A stretch of 64,000 bases of DNA from a virus (Duplodnaviria > Caudoviricetes): the IMG/VR virus record IMGVR_UViG_3300017766_003100, positions 96,001 through 160,000 of that record; one strand, written 5' to 3'. The notes beneath the pieces were generated by a model, which was given only the letters and a program-made list of their open reading frames with translations, was not told where the DNA came from and searched no databases. Position numbers and translations under genes: made by a program. This document shows positions 10,501 to 20,165 of this stretch, one piece after another. Numbering within the stretch: position 1 is the first letter of the stretch; every line of letters begins with the position of its first letter.

Positions 10501-12556
10501 TGGAGATTATGGTTTTGCGGTTAATTGTTCAGGAGATACTATTGGTGGTAATGGTTTTGTTACACAATCTTCTCAAATTTATTCAGTAAATGCAATGGCT
10601 TGTAGGAGAGTTAGAATAGAAAATATTGTTGTAACCATACCACAAGTAACAACAACTACAACAACAGTAGCACCAGCTAAAAATGTTGACCCTCAAGTTA
10701 CTTTAAAACCAATACCAAGAATTCAACCAACAGTTGACATTCAGAAAAAATTAAAAGAAGGTATTGGTAAAAGAATATTGAGAAATTTATTGACTGAATG
10801 TGATTATTTTGAATTGATTGAGAAAGAAAACCCAATGGTTTATTCTTCGTTCAAAGAAAAAATAAAATACTTTAATCCAACATTCCACTCAATGACACCT
10901 GAAGGACTTAATGCAAGATTAACGTTCTTGAATCAATGTGTTCGTCCTGGTGAAACAATACCTATTATTGGAACAGATGGAAAACCAAAATATAATGACT
11001 CTTTAAATACGGCATTTGGAGCACCACCAATCTTAATATTAAGAATTGGGGACTTTTACCATACCAAGATAGTACCAAATGGTGTATCATTTACATATGA
11101 CCCAATAGTTTATGATATGAATCCTGAAGGTATTGGTATTCAGCCTATGATTGTAAATGTTAGTTTGGATTTTAATATTATTGGAGGTATGGGTCTTGCG
11201 AAACCTATTGAGGAATTACAGAATGCACTTTCATTTAACTACTATGCAAATACTGAGGTTTATGATGAAAGAGCAACACCAACAGAAGACACCTCAACTA
11301 TAGATAAAGAAATTGTAGATGCTTTAATTTTAAATCAACCAAGTGTTACAACTAATCAAGTTACAAATATACAACCAAATCCTGGAGGTAATACAATTGG
11401 TAATATTATTACAAATATTCCTGTGACTGGTGGTCAAACTGGTGAAACATCTTATAGTACTATTATGGACCAATTATTAACTGAAACTAAAAATTATATT
11501 AATTTATTAACTAATAAATTGGAAAGTATTAATAATTCTTATAATTATGGTATTTTACAATTAATTGAACTTAATAGAAACTATACTAAAGGTAAATTAA
11601 ATTTGGGAGATGAACAAGATGATGTTGAAATATATGGAAAACCTGAATTTCAAAGTAAATTAGACGAAGCTTTTACAAACGTATTAGCTGAAATTGATAA
11701 TGATAGTAATGTAATAATAAGTGGACTTAGTAAGTTTTATAAAAATGAAATAACACCAATACCTCTAGTTAAAGAAAATTTAAAAAAATACATAACAGAT
11801 TTAAAAGGTGAATTTTCAAATGGTTTAACTACAATAATTCAAGAATTAAGTACTGGTCAACAAAATTATGTTCAAATAATAAGAAAATTAAATGTTGTTT
11901 TGGATAAATTAGATGGTAAAATATTGGATACAGGTAAACCAAGAATGTATAGTTTAAGTCCAACAACAACAGCAACTGGTGATACATACACTGAATTACA
12001 AGACGATTATAATACTTTACAAAAAGTATTAAGTTTTGGAGATGAAAGTATCCGAGGTATTTTGGATAAAAACAGAATTGCTTTTATGGGTGACATATAT
12101 AAAGATGGAAATTTTAGAGTTTTTTTAGAAAATAAATTGACTAACTCTAATGAAAAACTTTTCTATATGATTATGGCAAGAATAATTAGTGATAAAAATA
12201 AAAAGAAACAATTTATTGATAGTGTTATTAAAGGAGATGAATTAAAAAATTGGAAAACTCCAGTTAATCTATTGAATAAATTTGAAAATATAGTTAACGA
12301 CTTAGATAGAGACTATTCACTTGAATTAAGTAAAGAAGAAAATATGTTTAAGACTTTGAGAAAAGATAAATTATTCAAAGATTTGGTTGATGGGATAAAT
12401 AAAAAAATGTATGTACCTGGAAAACCTAGAAAATTTGAATATACTACAGTCGGTGATTTAACTTCACAAGAAAGTAAAATTTTGAATTTATATAATGGTC
12501 AAAATGGTAGTGATGCCGATAAAACAAATTTTGACAATAAAATAACGTTTAATTAA
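7502..12556 (+). CDS. Large baseplate / tail-tube-initiator-like virion protein with OmpA-like domain
   Basis: Tube-initiator-like segments (WFPPYDLKFSDSSSASFTPTSFLGRPEPIYTY; FGAPPILILRIGDFYHTKI) flank an OmpA-C-like motif (IGSASAPGSVEYNVDLSKRRVDSV...CRRVRI); precedes LysM gene. Confidence 0.65.
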   Translation: MSDSTLSFSNSASFRNSLISRNLAPYNIPGSYTPPSGSQNYEFSVSSYNVVDSPNDLIASNPFVNDNVTLNEYGPNNGYQQVIVNNNLPVDPNQGEYNPNDTVLDLVNEFYIDAAYIENRFGPIGGFQNMVVIDSIQNNNKLYTPYWDPPTFIPSTYSPYTILLSNDPSGSNGLLSQDSFIAKLGALSLKDALQARIDSEIFQRSVGVVNLDALSDPFEVALLATGKEPLIYKDYRITIPENPLVAGAELITRLSGAIFPLSTIPGNYFSDVEPSGGSSKQISNALNVVNQLTGGFLGPILNTTRNPSELFLANTGNGQRSVLFRSISYNRYQPSYDKNFGGILGATQGVVNLIANAINPDNGTLVGGYYVGSRNAEPSTITSPPNQLPVDPFGKQVQTPVYGPSELGILYEGNQSQLNFGLAGKSFSDEGGIDGQFVWTSPKYKGAAGFKATPGGGKGSIDSEFREIESQFQKNESTNITFKQSSILDQTQRLIDSADNVAGISKLKHVGNAINQVSKVFNDGYKEITKGSKVLSYVDNTTGQEAGIEYCRVFTKDTPYYTYADLQKTDGITESGRRFTNSVFDNTYNLNIAPIKGDNSTNLKLDAKGNLVAKKYMFSIENLAWRTSSRPGFTWDDLPACEKGPNGGRVMWFPPYDLKFSDSSSASFTPTSFLGRPEPIYTYKDTSRKGNISWKIIVDNPSITNLLVDKQLKNIDNPKINSIMDSFFAGCVKYDIYELAKKFNTIPLSDLYTYQEILNNPRLTGEEYQKVVEEIPKKPDDGNSQGGGTTNKNVEPQVKDDPRIQEIKDAFNGLAFYFFNDIPGPNFGAVSNQAYQDTYAAYTAPSFITQYQSLANSTFSPDSSYCKKNGTITTADGSSISNSEYCTRQKNTTDFFNNVIKPNYEKFATKEGNFVTKVYQLLSESPENKITLNMIGSASAPGSVEYNVDLSKRRVDSVLKFFETYKIGDANLKKFIDNKQLIVKPPSTVGEVISIPKTETGDYGFAVNCSGDTIGGNGFVTQSSQIYSVNAMACRRVRIENIVVTIPQVTTTTTTVAPAKNVDPQVTLKPIPRIQPTVDIQKKLKEGIGKRILRNLLTECDYFELIEKENPMVYSSFKEKIKYFNPTFHSMTPEGLNARLTFLNQCVRPGETIPIIGTDGKPKYNDSLNTAFGAPPILILRIGDFYHTKIVPNGVSFTYDPIVYDMNPEGIGIQPMIVNVSLDFNIIGGMGLAKPIEELQNALSFNYYANTEVYDERATPTEDTSTIDKEIVDALILNQPSVTTNQVTNIQPNPGGNTIGNIITNIPVTGGQTGETSYSTIMDQLLTETKNYINLLTNKLESINNSYNYGILQLIELNRNYTKGKLNLGDEQDDVEIYGKPEFQSKLDEAFTNVLAEIDNDSNVIISGLSKFYKNEITPIPLVKENLKKYITDLKGEFSNGLTTIIQELSTGQQNYVQIIRKLNVVLDKLDGKILDTGKPRMYSLSPTTTATGDTYTELQDDYNTLQKVLSFGDESIRGILDKNRIAFMGDIYKDGNFRVFLENKLTNSNEKLFYMIMARIISDKNKKKQFIDSVIKGDELKNWKTPVNLLNKFENIVNDLDRDYSLELSKEENMFKTLRKDKLFKDLVDGINKKMYVPGKPRKFEYTTVGDLTSQESKILNLYNGQNGSDADKTNFDNKITFN

Positions 12557-12558
12557 TT

Positions 12559-12882
12559 ATGGCAAGACAAAACTACAATAGATATAAGGATTTTGTTATT
12601 AATGGGGAACAAACAATTGTACCCTATATAACTCTTCCATCTAAAAGTACGGATAAAAAATATATCTATAAGATTGGTATGTCAAGGATGGATAAGGTAT
12701 CTCAACAATATTATGGTTCTCCTTTATTTGGATGGTTAATTATGCAAGCAAATCCACAATTCAGTGGTAATGAATGGAGCATTCCTGATGGTTCTATATT
12801 GACAATTCCATATCCTTTAGTAGCTTCATTACAAGACTATAAAAATCAATTGGACGAGTATCTTTTCTATTATGGTAGATAA
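12559..12882 (+). CDS. LysM-like baseplate wedge protein (T4 gp53 / P2 gpX-like)
   Basis: RMDKVSQQYYGSPLFGWLIMQANP...IPDGSILTIP pattern; 107 aa; synteny. Confidence 0.8.
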   Translation: MARQNYNRYKDFVINGEQTIVPYITLPSKSTDKKYIYKIGMSRMDKVSQQYYGSPLFGWLIMQANPQFSGNEWSIPDGSILTIPYPLVASLQDYKNQLDEYLFYYGR

Positions 12883-15800
12883 ACAAGAAAACATTTTGGT
12901 GGAATTCGATTATAATAACATTATTATAATTGACCCAAACAAAATTATAGATGAAAATGGTAAATCTAAACAAAGATTGGTACAACACGAAAATCTCGTG
13001 ATGTATGCCAATTTGGAATGTGATGTATTACCAAGAACTAAATTGGCAATAGGTGTTGCCCCAAATGACGCAATTGAAACAATATCAGTTGCTAAAATTA
13101 ATTTTTTGAAACCTGGAGGTAAGACGTTCTTGGACACTTCTTGGACTGATGAAATTACAGGTAAAGGAACTGTAACAGGTGATGGTGTTAATCAACCAAA
13201 ACAAACATCAATTAAAAACCCAAATAAAGATAACGATTTTTATATACGTCAAACAATCCAATCAGGAGGAAAACCTGGTTCAGTTGATAATGGATTATTG
13301 GGTATAACATCAATTAATATTAGACAAACAACTGCGTTTATGCCAACAATATCAATTGAATTGGTTGACATAAAAGGTAGGGCTTTGTTTGAATCTGGAG
13401 ATAATTCACCTTATGCTGCGTTTTTTAATTTACCATACCCATTATTTTATTTAACTATAAAGGGTTATTATGGTAAAGCTGTAAGATTGGGATTAATGTT
13501 ACAGAAATTCAATGCAAGATTTCAACCTGAGTCAGGTAACTTCAAAATTGATTTGATGTTCTATACATACAAGTACACAATACTAAGTGAGTTGAGTATG
13601 GCGGCACTTATAGCTGCACCTCATATGTATAAAACAAGAATCTCAACACAATCTAGTAGTGGAGGTCCTACAACTTTAGTAAAAGTAAATGAATCAATAA
13701 CTGAACGAGGATACCAAAAGATTAAAGAATTATATAGTGAATATAAATCAAAAGGTTTAATTCCTGATGATTTACCTGAATTAACTTTGGTACAACTTAA
13801 AGAAAGATTGGATACTTTCATAAAAGATAAATTAGACACATTTACTAAACAAAATTTAGAACCTATTTCAGGTTGTGATGACTATCAAAAAAATCTAAAA
13901 GAATATCAAGGAGCAATATATTATTATACAGCGGGAAGAATATCTTGGTTTAATAAGTACTTGGATAAAAATAACTTTTTTGTCCTTAATAATAATACTG
14001 AAACTAAAGTTTATACTTTTAAAAAAGAAATAAACACCCCTGATTTAAGACAAGCAGCAGTTTCTGAATTAGATGGAATTGTTCAAGAATTTAATAAAAA
14101 ATTAAATAGTAATCCAGTTGTTGGGGAAAAGGGTAACTATAAAATTGATGGTAAAACATTTAATGTATCGGTTTCAAATCCAATAACAACGAATGTATTC
14201 AATGTTAGTGTTAATTATACAAATATTAATACAAAACAAACTTATATTCAAAGGAAAGGTTCTGAACCAAATAGTGACCAGCTGGCTCAATTTGAAAAAG
14301 AATTGGCACAAGCGTTTATTGTTAATACAAGTGAAGCAACATTAAAAAATGGAACTAAATTACCTATAACTAATTTTTATATCTTTGAAGGTCCTAATAC
14401 ATTTATCGATTTAACTGAAAAAATGGGTAGAGACCTTAAAGTTATCAGAGAACAAATTGAACAAGAACTAACATTAGCCTTAACTAATTTATTAGAAAAT
14501 AAAAGTGATGGTATTGGATTTGTTCCTAATATGAGGAATGTTTTAGCTGTTGTATTTGCAAGTGGTGAGGCATTCTTAAGAATGATGGATGATGTTCATA
14601 CCAAAGCTTGGGATTTAAGTGATAACCCAATTAGAAAACAAATAGTACTTAATACACAAACGGCAGGTGCTTCTCAAGAAACATTTAATAATGGGGATAT
14701 TCAAAATACACCAATTTATCCTTGGCCTCAATATATTGAAGAAACAACAGGGGAGAATGGACACGAAAAGTATGAATTACGTTATCCTGGTGATTCTTCG
14801 GTAATATCTAAAACCAAAGGGTATTTGTTGGATGTATGGCCTGAGATTGAATTTGTTGAAGAATTTATCAAGGGGTTTACGGAAAGAAAGAGTCCACCTG
14901 CAGAAAATAAAAATAGTAATGAGGTTACTGAAGTAAAAAGAGTAAGTCTTAACGCAATTGAATTTCCGATTGGTAATTATGTATTCTCAAACAAGGAAGA
15001 AGTTAAATTCTTTTTTGAAATTTATGAGAGAATGTTGTATTTGTCTAACTATTCTAAGTTGTCAAGAGTTTCTGATGCACCTAGTTTTACAGACCCAATT
15101 GTTAAAATAATTTCTGAATGTGAAAAAATTAATATTAAAAATGGTCTTAGTGATGGAGCACCATTTATCAAAGATAAACTTAAAAATTATTTAATAAGTT
15201 CTGGTAACTTTTTACAATTATTGAGACAATTCTCAAATAATGGTAGGGGTGAAAGTTGGCAAAATTATATAAGAGGTATTTTTAATACAAAATATATTAA
15301 AAATACTATTAATAATGCAAGTTTTGAATTCTTGGATTCAAGAATATTAAATGAGAAATTTACTCAACCTGCAATTACATTAACTGATGAAACTAAAATA
15401 CAAGATTTCATAAGTTCATCTACAAATTCTAAATTTGATTTTACAGATACATTCCCATTTACAAATAAAAATTGGGTTAAAACGTATTTAGCACAATCAT
15501 CAACAATTGATACACCAGAATCTGCGTTTAAAACACCCGAAGTACTTAAATACAATCAAACAAATAAAATTATTGCTAATTTTTTACCTACAGCAACTAA
15601 TACTTTTGCCAGACCATTTACAGTATTTGTACAAGAAAATGGAACTGAACCAAATCCAATTCCAAATAATGCTCAAAACTCACAAGTTACAAATAGTCAA
15701 TTAATAGATTTTTATCAAAGACCATCTGATAAACAAATTATAACTGAAGGTAGAATTAGATATAACAATTATAGTGGGTCTGTTAGTTTTGAACAAACAA

Positions 15801-18800
15801 CATCAATACTGAATACACCATATTTTGTTAATTCAATTCAAATTGGGCAGAAAAATTTTAGAAATTATGACAAACATCCATATGTAGCTTCAGCCTATTT
15901 GTTGTTGAATAGTTTACCATTAATAACACTTAAAGAAAAATATACAAAATATGAAAATGATAAGACCATTTTTATGGATTATATATTTGCAACATTGAAA
16001 AAATTTGGTGCAATACATAAAGTTCCATATGTTTGGATTCTTAAAATGGGTTCTGTTTGGTATCGATATAAAAAATATGTTGAAGAAAACGTGGATATTT
16101 TAGATGAATGTTGGAAAAGTTTTGATAGTGTTCCAAACTATGACCCCATTACATCTGCAGCAACTAAAACATATAATTTAACTATCAATGGTTCACCAAT
16201 AGATTTAGTTTTGGAAGATAATAACGTAATTGGACTTGAAACTTCTTCATTAATTAATGTTGGATTTTATCCAAAACTAATTAATGACTTTAATGTTTTC
16301 TTGAATGGTTATGAAATAATTCAGTCTAATTCTCAAGTTAATGGGACTTGTAGTGTAACTGGAACAACATTAACTATAACACAAGTTAATTCAAATACAT
16401 TACAACCAGGCTACATTTTAGCTGGAATTAATTTACTTCCAAATACAACAATAATTTCTCAAATTGGGGGAACACCAGGTGGTGTTGGGACTTATGAAAT
16501 AACTCCGACACAAACTGGTTCTACTGCATTATTTTCTGTTACTAATGCAACAAGTGTTGGTTATACAAGTTCAAATATACAAAGTGCTTTAGATTTTTCA
16601 GGTTTATCAATGTATTATGTGAGTAATGCAATTATCAATGAACCTGAAGGTGTTGACCCAAATAATCCTTTGAGAGATTTAAGAATTATACCTTGGAGTT
16701 TATCTGTTGATACAAACAACAAAAACTTTATGTATGTTTTACCATCAAGTGGTAGTTTGTTTAATCAGACCAAAAATGAATGTTTTGATAATAACAACAA
16801 ATTAACTCAAGAGGTAACTGGTAATACATCAGTACATAATGGAGCTGTAAGATTATTTTGGACAGCACCAAACTATGGTTATTTTGATAACACTAGAATC
16901 ACGAAAGTTAAACCTAATGAATATCTTAAAAGAGTTTTAACCGCTGACACATATCAAGATATATTCACTTTAACTGGTTTTGGTGATGAATATTCTAAGA
17001 TTGATGAAATATTTTCAGTATTTGAAAAAAGTGTGTTAGATGGTTTTGAAAAAGAATTTTTGAAATTCTCAAAATCAATATATGATTACGAAGATGATTC
17101 TTCATCTAATTTAACTCTTACAACAAGTCAAACATCAACAACTACAACCACTACAAAATCTTCAAGTGGTCAAGATACAAGTACAGAAATTACATCAGCA
17201 GTTAATGATATTACTAAATCTTTAAAGGAAGTAGGGGATACTATAATTGATAAGAGAAATAGAAATTTCCAACAATTAATGAGAACATTATTATCTGTAC
17301 CAAAAATTACAGGTAATACAGGTTATGAATATGTTAAAAAAGTTCAATCGTCTCAATTTAGTACAATCAAATCAGTCCTATCTGATTTTTTAAATTATGA
17401 TGTAACATTTAAATATGGAAATCCTTCTGCTTTTGATAGAAAATTATTTAATACGTTTTCAACATTACCATTTACAGACCCATATGAATGGGATACATAT
17501 ACAAATTCAACACCAAACGCTCTACCTAAATTAAATGGTACAACTACATTAAGTAGTTCTCAAATAATTTATTCAGGTGCTTGGGCTACCCTACAAACTT
17601 ATGTCGGATTTTCAGAAATACCTGAATTAAAATATAGTAATAATGGTTCATATATTACTGACTTCTTTATTGATTTGAATGTTGCATTTACACCTGAAAA
17701 TATAGAACTTTTTGCTCCGATAATTAAGATTTATGCGACTCAGAAACTAAATCAATTTCAGTCTAATTATATACCACCACAACAACCATTACAACCATCA
17801 CCTGATGTTGTTGCAACAGCTTTCTTAAAGAGTGGTGGGACAGTGAATGTTGAAAAATTAGGTCCTAAATTTAGAACTACATATTATAATAGTGATAATG
17901 TATTATTATTTGAAGGTGCGTATACTTTTACATTTAGTAATGATGTATATACTACTTCAGGTTCGGAGATTTATTATACAGCATTAATTAATGAAACAAT
18001 TATTGGAATATTTGGTAGTACAACAACCAATCCAACTGACCCTCAATATATAACAACATTTGATAGGGTAACACCAACAACATATAATCCTGAACCTAGT
18101 TCCTCAAATAGGAATAATTCATCGGCTTTCTATGAAGCTATGGACAATTATTTAAACAAAATAAATAATTTCCAAAATAAAATTATAGATTCAACAATGA
18201 TTGATGTTAGAAATTCTTTAGATTCTATAACAATCAATGCGGAAGAAAGAGACCAAAGTGTTTTACAAGGTGAACCTCAACCAAAGTTGGAAATTTGGGA
18301 AAGTTTTAAAGCATTAAATGATAAATGGATTGCTGGTGGTGATTTTAAAACAAAAACATTATTTGAGGATGTATTATTATTGGATAGAGCAAGCAGAAAT
18401 ATTGGTGATAAAGTTTTAGTTGACATATATAAACTTAAAGATAGATTACAAACTGTAATTGAGAAAGAAACTAATAAAACAACAATGTTAATTTTTGTTC
18501 AAAACATATTAGTTGAGAACAATTTTGTGGTAATGAATTTACCATCTTATGTTAATTTTTATGGAGTTCAAGACGCAGTTAAAAACCCAAAACCAAAAGT
18601 TGAAGATACTTTGGATTTTGCGAACACTATGTTTGGAACTTTCTTAAATGTTGACTATAGGGAATCATCAGCAAAAATGGTTTGTTTTTATGGTGGTAAA
18701 CCAAGTGAACAATTGGATTTAAAAAACAATGTTGATTATCGTAAAAGAAGTGACGCTTTTGAGCTTAGAAGAGCGAGTGATAACCCATTAGTTGAAAACC

Positions 18801-19897
18801 TAATAGGTAAAAATGATTGGGATAAGTCAAACAAAGTTGTTGGTTTTAATGTTGATGTTGGTCCTCAAAACCAAGGTATTTTTATTAGTTTTAATGTTGG
18901 ACAAGATGCTGGAAAAGCAACTGCCGAGTCATTAGAAGCTACAAATATGTTGGCAAATCAAGGTAATAACAGAGCGGGTTCATCACAAAGTATTTCATTA
19001 TATAACTTGTATAAAAATAGAAGTTATAGTTGTGAAGTTGAAATGATGGGTAATGCCTTGATTCAACCCACAATGTATTTCAATTTGAGAAATGTACCAA
19101 TGTTTAGTGGGCCTTATAAGATTTTGGAAGTTAACCATAGTATTAGGCCTGGTATGTTTTCAACTAGATTTAGTGGTATAAGACAACCAACTGCCGCATT
19201 ACCAAAGATTGACAATTTCTTACAATCTTTAAAACAGAATTTAGTTCAGACTATAATTGAAAAGAATAAACAAGAAAAAGATGCTAAACAAAAGAAGGAA
19301 ACAAGTACAAATAGTGTAACAACTAGAACTACAACACCAACTAAACTTAATTCAGTAGGAAGTACTCAGAATTGTACAGCATCAACAAAATATAATACTT
19401 ATGTTGCTGAAAAACCATCATCAACATTCCAAACACTTCAAAATTTGATTAATCAAATTTCTACCAAAACAGATGATGTGTTAATAAGATATTGTATGTT
19501 TGCAAGAATTTATTTAATTTCAGGTGGTGATACATTAATAGAATCTTATGCTAACAACTTAGCGGGTATTACATTAAATCAAGATTGGGGTCCTGCGGAA
19601 AGTTACTTTTCAAAAAGTAAGAAATTCTTCTGTACACCAGCAAATAACCCAATGGTTTATTTTGATACCTTGGATGACCAACTAAATTTTATGTTTGCAA
19701 GATGGAGAAATTATCCATCATCATTAAAATTACAAAATAATGTAACTGATATTACAAAGTTTGCTATTATAACTTTAAGTGCTGACGCGACAAATGGTCA
19801 AGAGGTATATAAATCATATATTGGAACCAACGATTTGAAAAATTATGAATCTATTATACAGAAATCTATCGATTTATATAATTCAGTAATTAGATAA
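12872..19897 (+). CDS. Giant baseplate hub protein (gp27/late control D-like C-terminal region)
   Basis: 2341 aa; YSCEVEMMGNALIQPTMYFNLRNVPMFSGPYKILEVNHSI...FSTRFSGIRQ near nt 19016-19188 is the typical hub C-terminal pattern; follows LysM gene. Confidence 0.6.
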   Translation: MVDKQENILVEFDYNNIIIIDPNKIIDENGKSKQRLVQHENLVMYANLECDVLPRTKLAIGVAPNDAIETISVAKINFLKPGGKTFLDTSWTDEITGKGTVTGDGVNQPKQTSIKNPNKDNDFYIRQTIQSGGKPGSVDNGLLGITSINIRQTTAFMPTISIELVDIKGRALFESGDNSPYAAFFNLPYPLFYLTIKGYYGKAVRLGLMLQKFNARFQPESGNFKIDLMFYTYKYTILSELSMAALIAAPHMYKTRISTQSSSGGPTTLVKVNESITERGYQKIKELYSEYKSKGLIPDDLPELTLVQLKERLDTFIKDKLDTFTKQNLEPISGCDDYQKNLKEYQGAIYYYTAGRISWFNKYLDKNNFFVLNNNTETKVYTFKKEINTPDLRQAAVSELDGIVQEFNKKLNSNPVVGEKGNYKIDGKTFNVSVSNPITTNVFNVSVNYTNINTKQTYIQRKGSEPNSDQLAQFEKELAQAFIVNTSEATLKNGTKLPITNFYIFEGPNTFIDLTEKMGRDLKVIREQIEQELTLALTNLLENKSDGIGFVPNMRNVLAVVFASGEAFLRMMDDVHTKAWDLSDNPIRKQIVLNTQTAGASQETFNNGDIQNTPIYPWPQYIEETTGENGHEKYELRYPGDSSVISKTKGYLLDVWPEIEFVEEFIKGFTERKSPPAENKNSNEVTEVKRVSLNAIEFPIGNYVFSNKEEVKFFFEIYERMLYLSNYSKLSRVSDAPSFTDPIVKIISECEKINIKNGLSDGAPFIKDKLKNYLISSGNFLQLLRQFSNNGRGESWQNYIRGIFNTKYIKNTINNASFEFLDSRILNEKFTQPAITLTDETKIQDFISSSTNSKFDFTDTFPFTNKNWVKTYLAQSSTIDTPESAFKTPEVLKYNQTNKIIANFLPTATNTFARPFTVFVQENGTEPNPIPNNAQNSQVTNSQLIDFYQRPSDKQIITEGRIRYNNYSGSVSFEQTTSILNTPYFVNSIQIGQKNFRNYDKHPYVASAYLLLNSLPLITLKEKYTKYENDKTIFMDYIFATLKKFGAIHKVPYVWILKMGSVWYRYKKYVEENVDILDECWKSFDSVPNYDPITSAATKTYNLTINGSPIDLVLEDNNVIGLETSSLINVGFYPKLINDFNVFLNGYEIIQSNSQVNGTCSVTGTTLTITQVNSNTLQPGYILAGINLLPNTTIISQIGGTPGGVGTYEITPTQTGSTALFSVTNATSVGYTSSNIQSALDFSGLSMYYVSNAIINEPEGVDPNNPLRDLRIIPWSLSVDTNNKNFMYVLPSSGSLFNQTKNECFDNNNKLTQEVTGNTSVHNGAVRLFWTAPNYGYFDNTRITKVKPNEYLKRVLTADTYQDIFTLTGFGDEYSKIDEIFSVFEKSVLDGFEKEFLKFSKSIYDYEDDSSSNLTLTTSQTSTTTTTTKSSSGQDTSTEITSAVNDITKSLKEVGDTIIDKRNRNFQQLMRTLLSVPKITGNTGYEYVKKVQSSQFSTIKSVLSDFLNYDVTFKYGNPSAFDRKLFNTFSTLPFTDPYEWDTYTNSTPNALPKLNGTTTLSSSQIIYSGAWATLQTYVGFSEIPELKYSNNGSYITDFFIDLNVAFTPENIELFAPIIKIYATQKLNQFQSNYIPPQQPLQPSPDVVATAFLKSGGTVNVEKLGPKFRTTYYNSDNVLLFEGAYTFTFSNDVYTTSGSEIYYTALINETIIGIFGSTTTNPTDPQYITTFDRVTPTTYNPEPSSSNRNNSSAFYEAMDNYLNKINNFQNKIIDSTMIDVRNSLDSITINAEERDQSVLQGEPQPKLEIWESFKALNDKWIAGGDFKTKTLFEDVLLLDRASRNIGDKVLVDIYKLKDRLQTVIEKETNKTTMLIFVQNILVENNFVVMNLPSYVNFYGVQDAVKNPKPKVEDTLDFANTMFGTFLNVDYRESSAKMVCFYGGKPSEQLDLKNNVDYRKRSDAFELRRASDNPLVENLIGKNDWDKSNKVVGFNVDVGPQNQGIFISFNVGQDAGKATAESLEATNMLANQGNNRAGSSQSISLYNLYKNRSYSCEVEMMGNALIQPTMYFNLRNVPMFSGPYKILEVNHSIRPGMFSTRFSGIRQPTAALPKIDNFLQSLKQNLVQTIIEKNKQEKDAKQKKETSTNSVTTRTTTPTKLNSVGSTQNCTASTKYNTYVAEKPSSTFQTLQNLINQISTKTDDVLIRYCMFARIYLISGGDTLIESYANNLAGITLNQDWGPAESYFSKSKKFFCTPANNPMVYFDTLDDQLNFMFARWRNYPSSLKLQNNVTDITKFAIITLSADATNGQEVYKSYIGTNDLKNYESIIQKSIDLYNSVIR

Positions 19898-19916
19898 ATT
19901 TTTAATTAAATTAAGA

Positions 19917-19924
19917 TATTTATA
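19917..19924 (+). promoter_or_regulatory. TATTTATA candidate late-promoter motif
   Basis: 12 nt upstream of ATG 19937. Confidence 0.6.
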
Positions 19925-19936
19925 ATAAAAAATATT

Positions 19937-20161
19937 ATGAGCGTAAAAATATTATTAGATAATTATTTAGGTAAAAACACCAAAACAACTGAAAAAGACT
20001 TAGGTGATGGTTCTAAACAAGTATGTGATTTAGAAACTGGTGAATGTTATGTTGTTAGAATGAAAGATGGTTTAATTGAAAGAGTAGATAATACACTCAA
20101 AACACACAAAAGAATCCAAGTTGAAACTACTAACGGAATAAAACAACTTTTAAATGGTTAA
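19937..20161 (+). CDS. Hypothetical protein (74 aa)
   Basis: ORF preceded by late motif and coupled to next gene; no recognisable domain. Confidence 0.7.
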   Translation: MSVKILLDNYLGKNTKTTEKDLGDGSKQVCDLETGECYVVRMKDGLIERVDNTLKTHKRIQVETTNGIKQLLNG

Positions 20162-20165
20162 TAAA

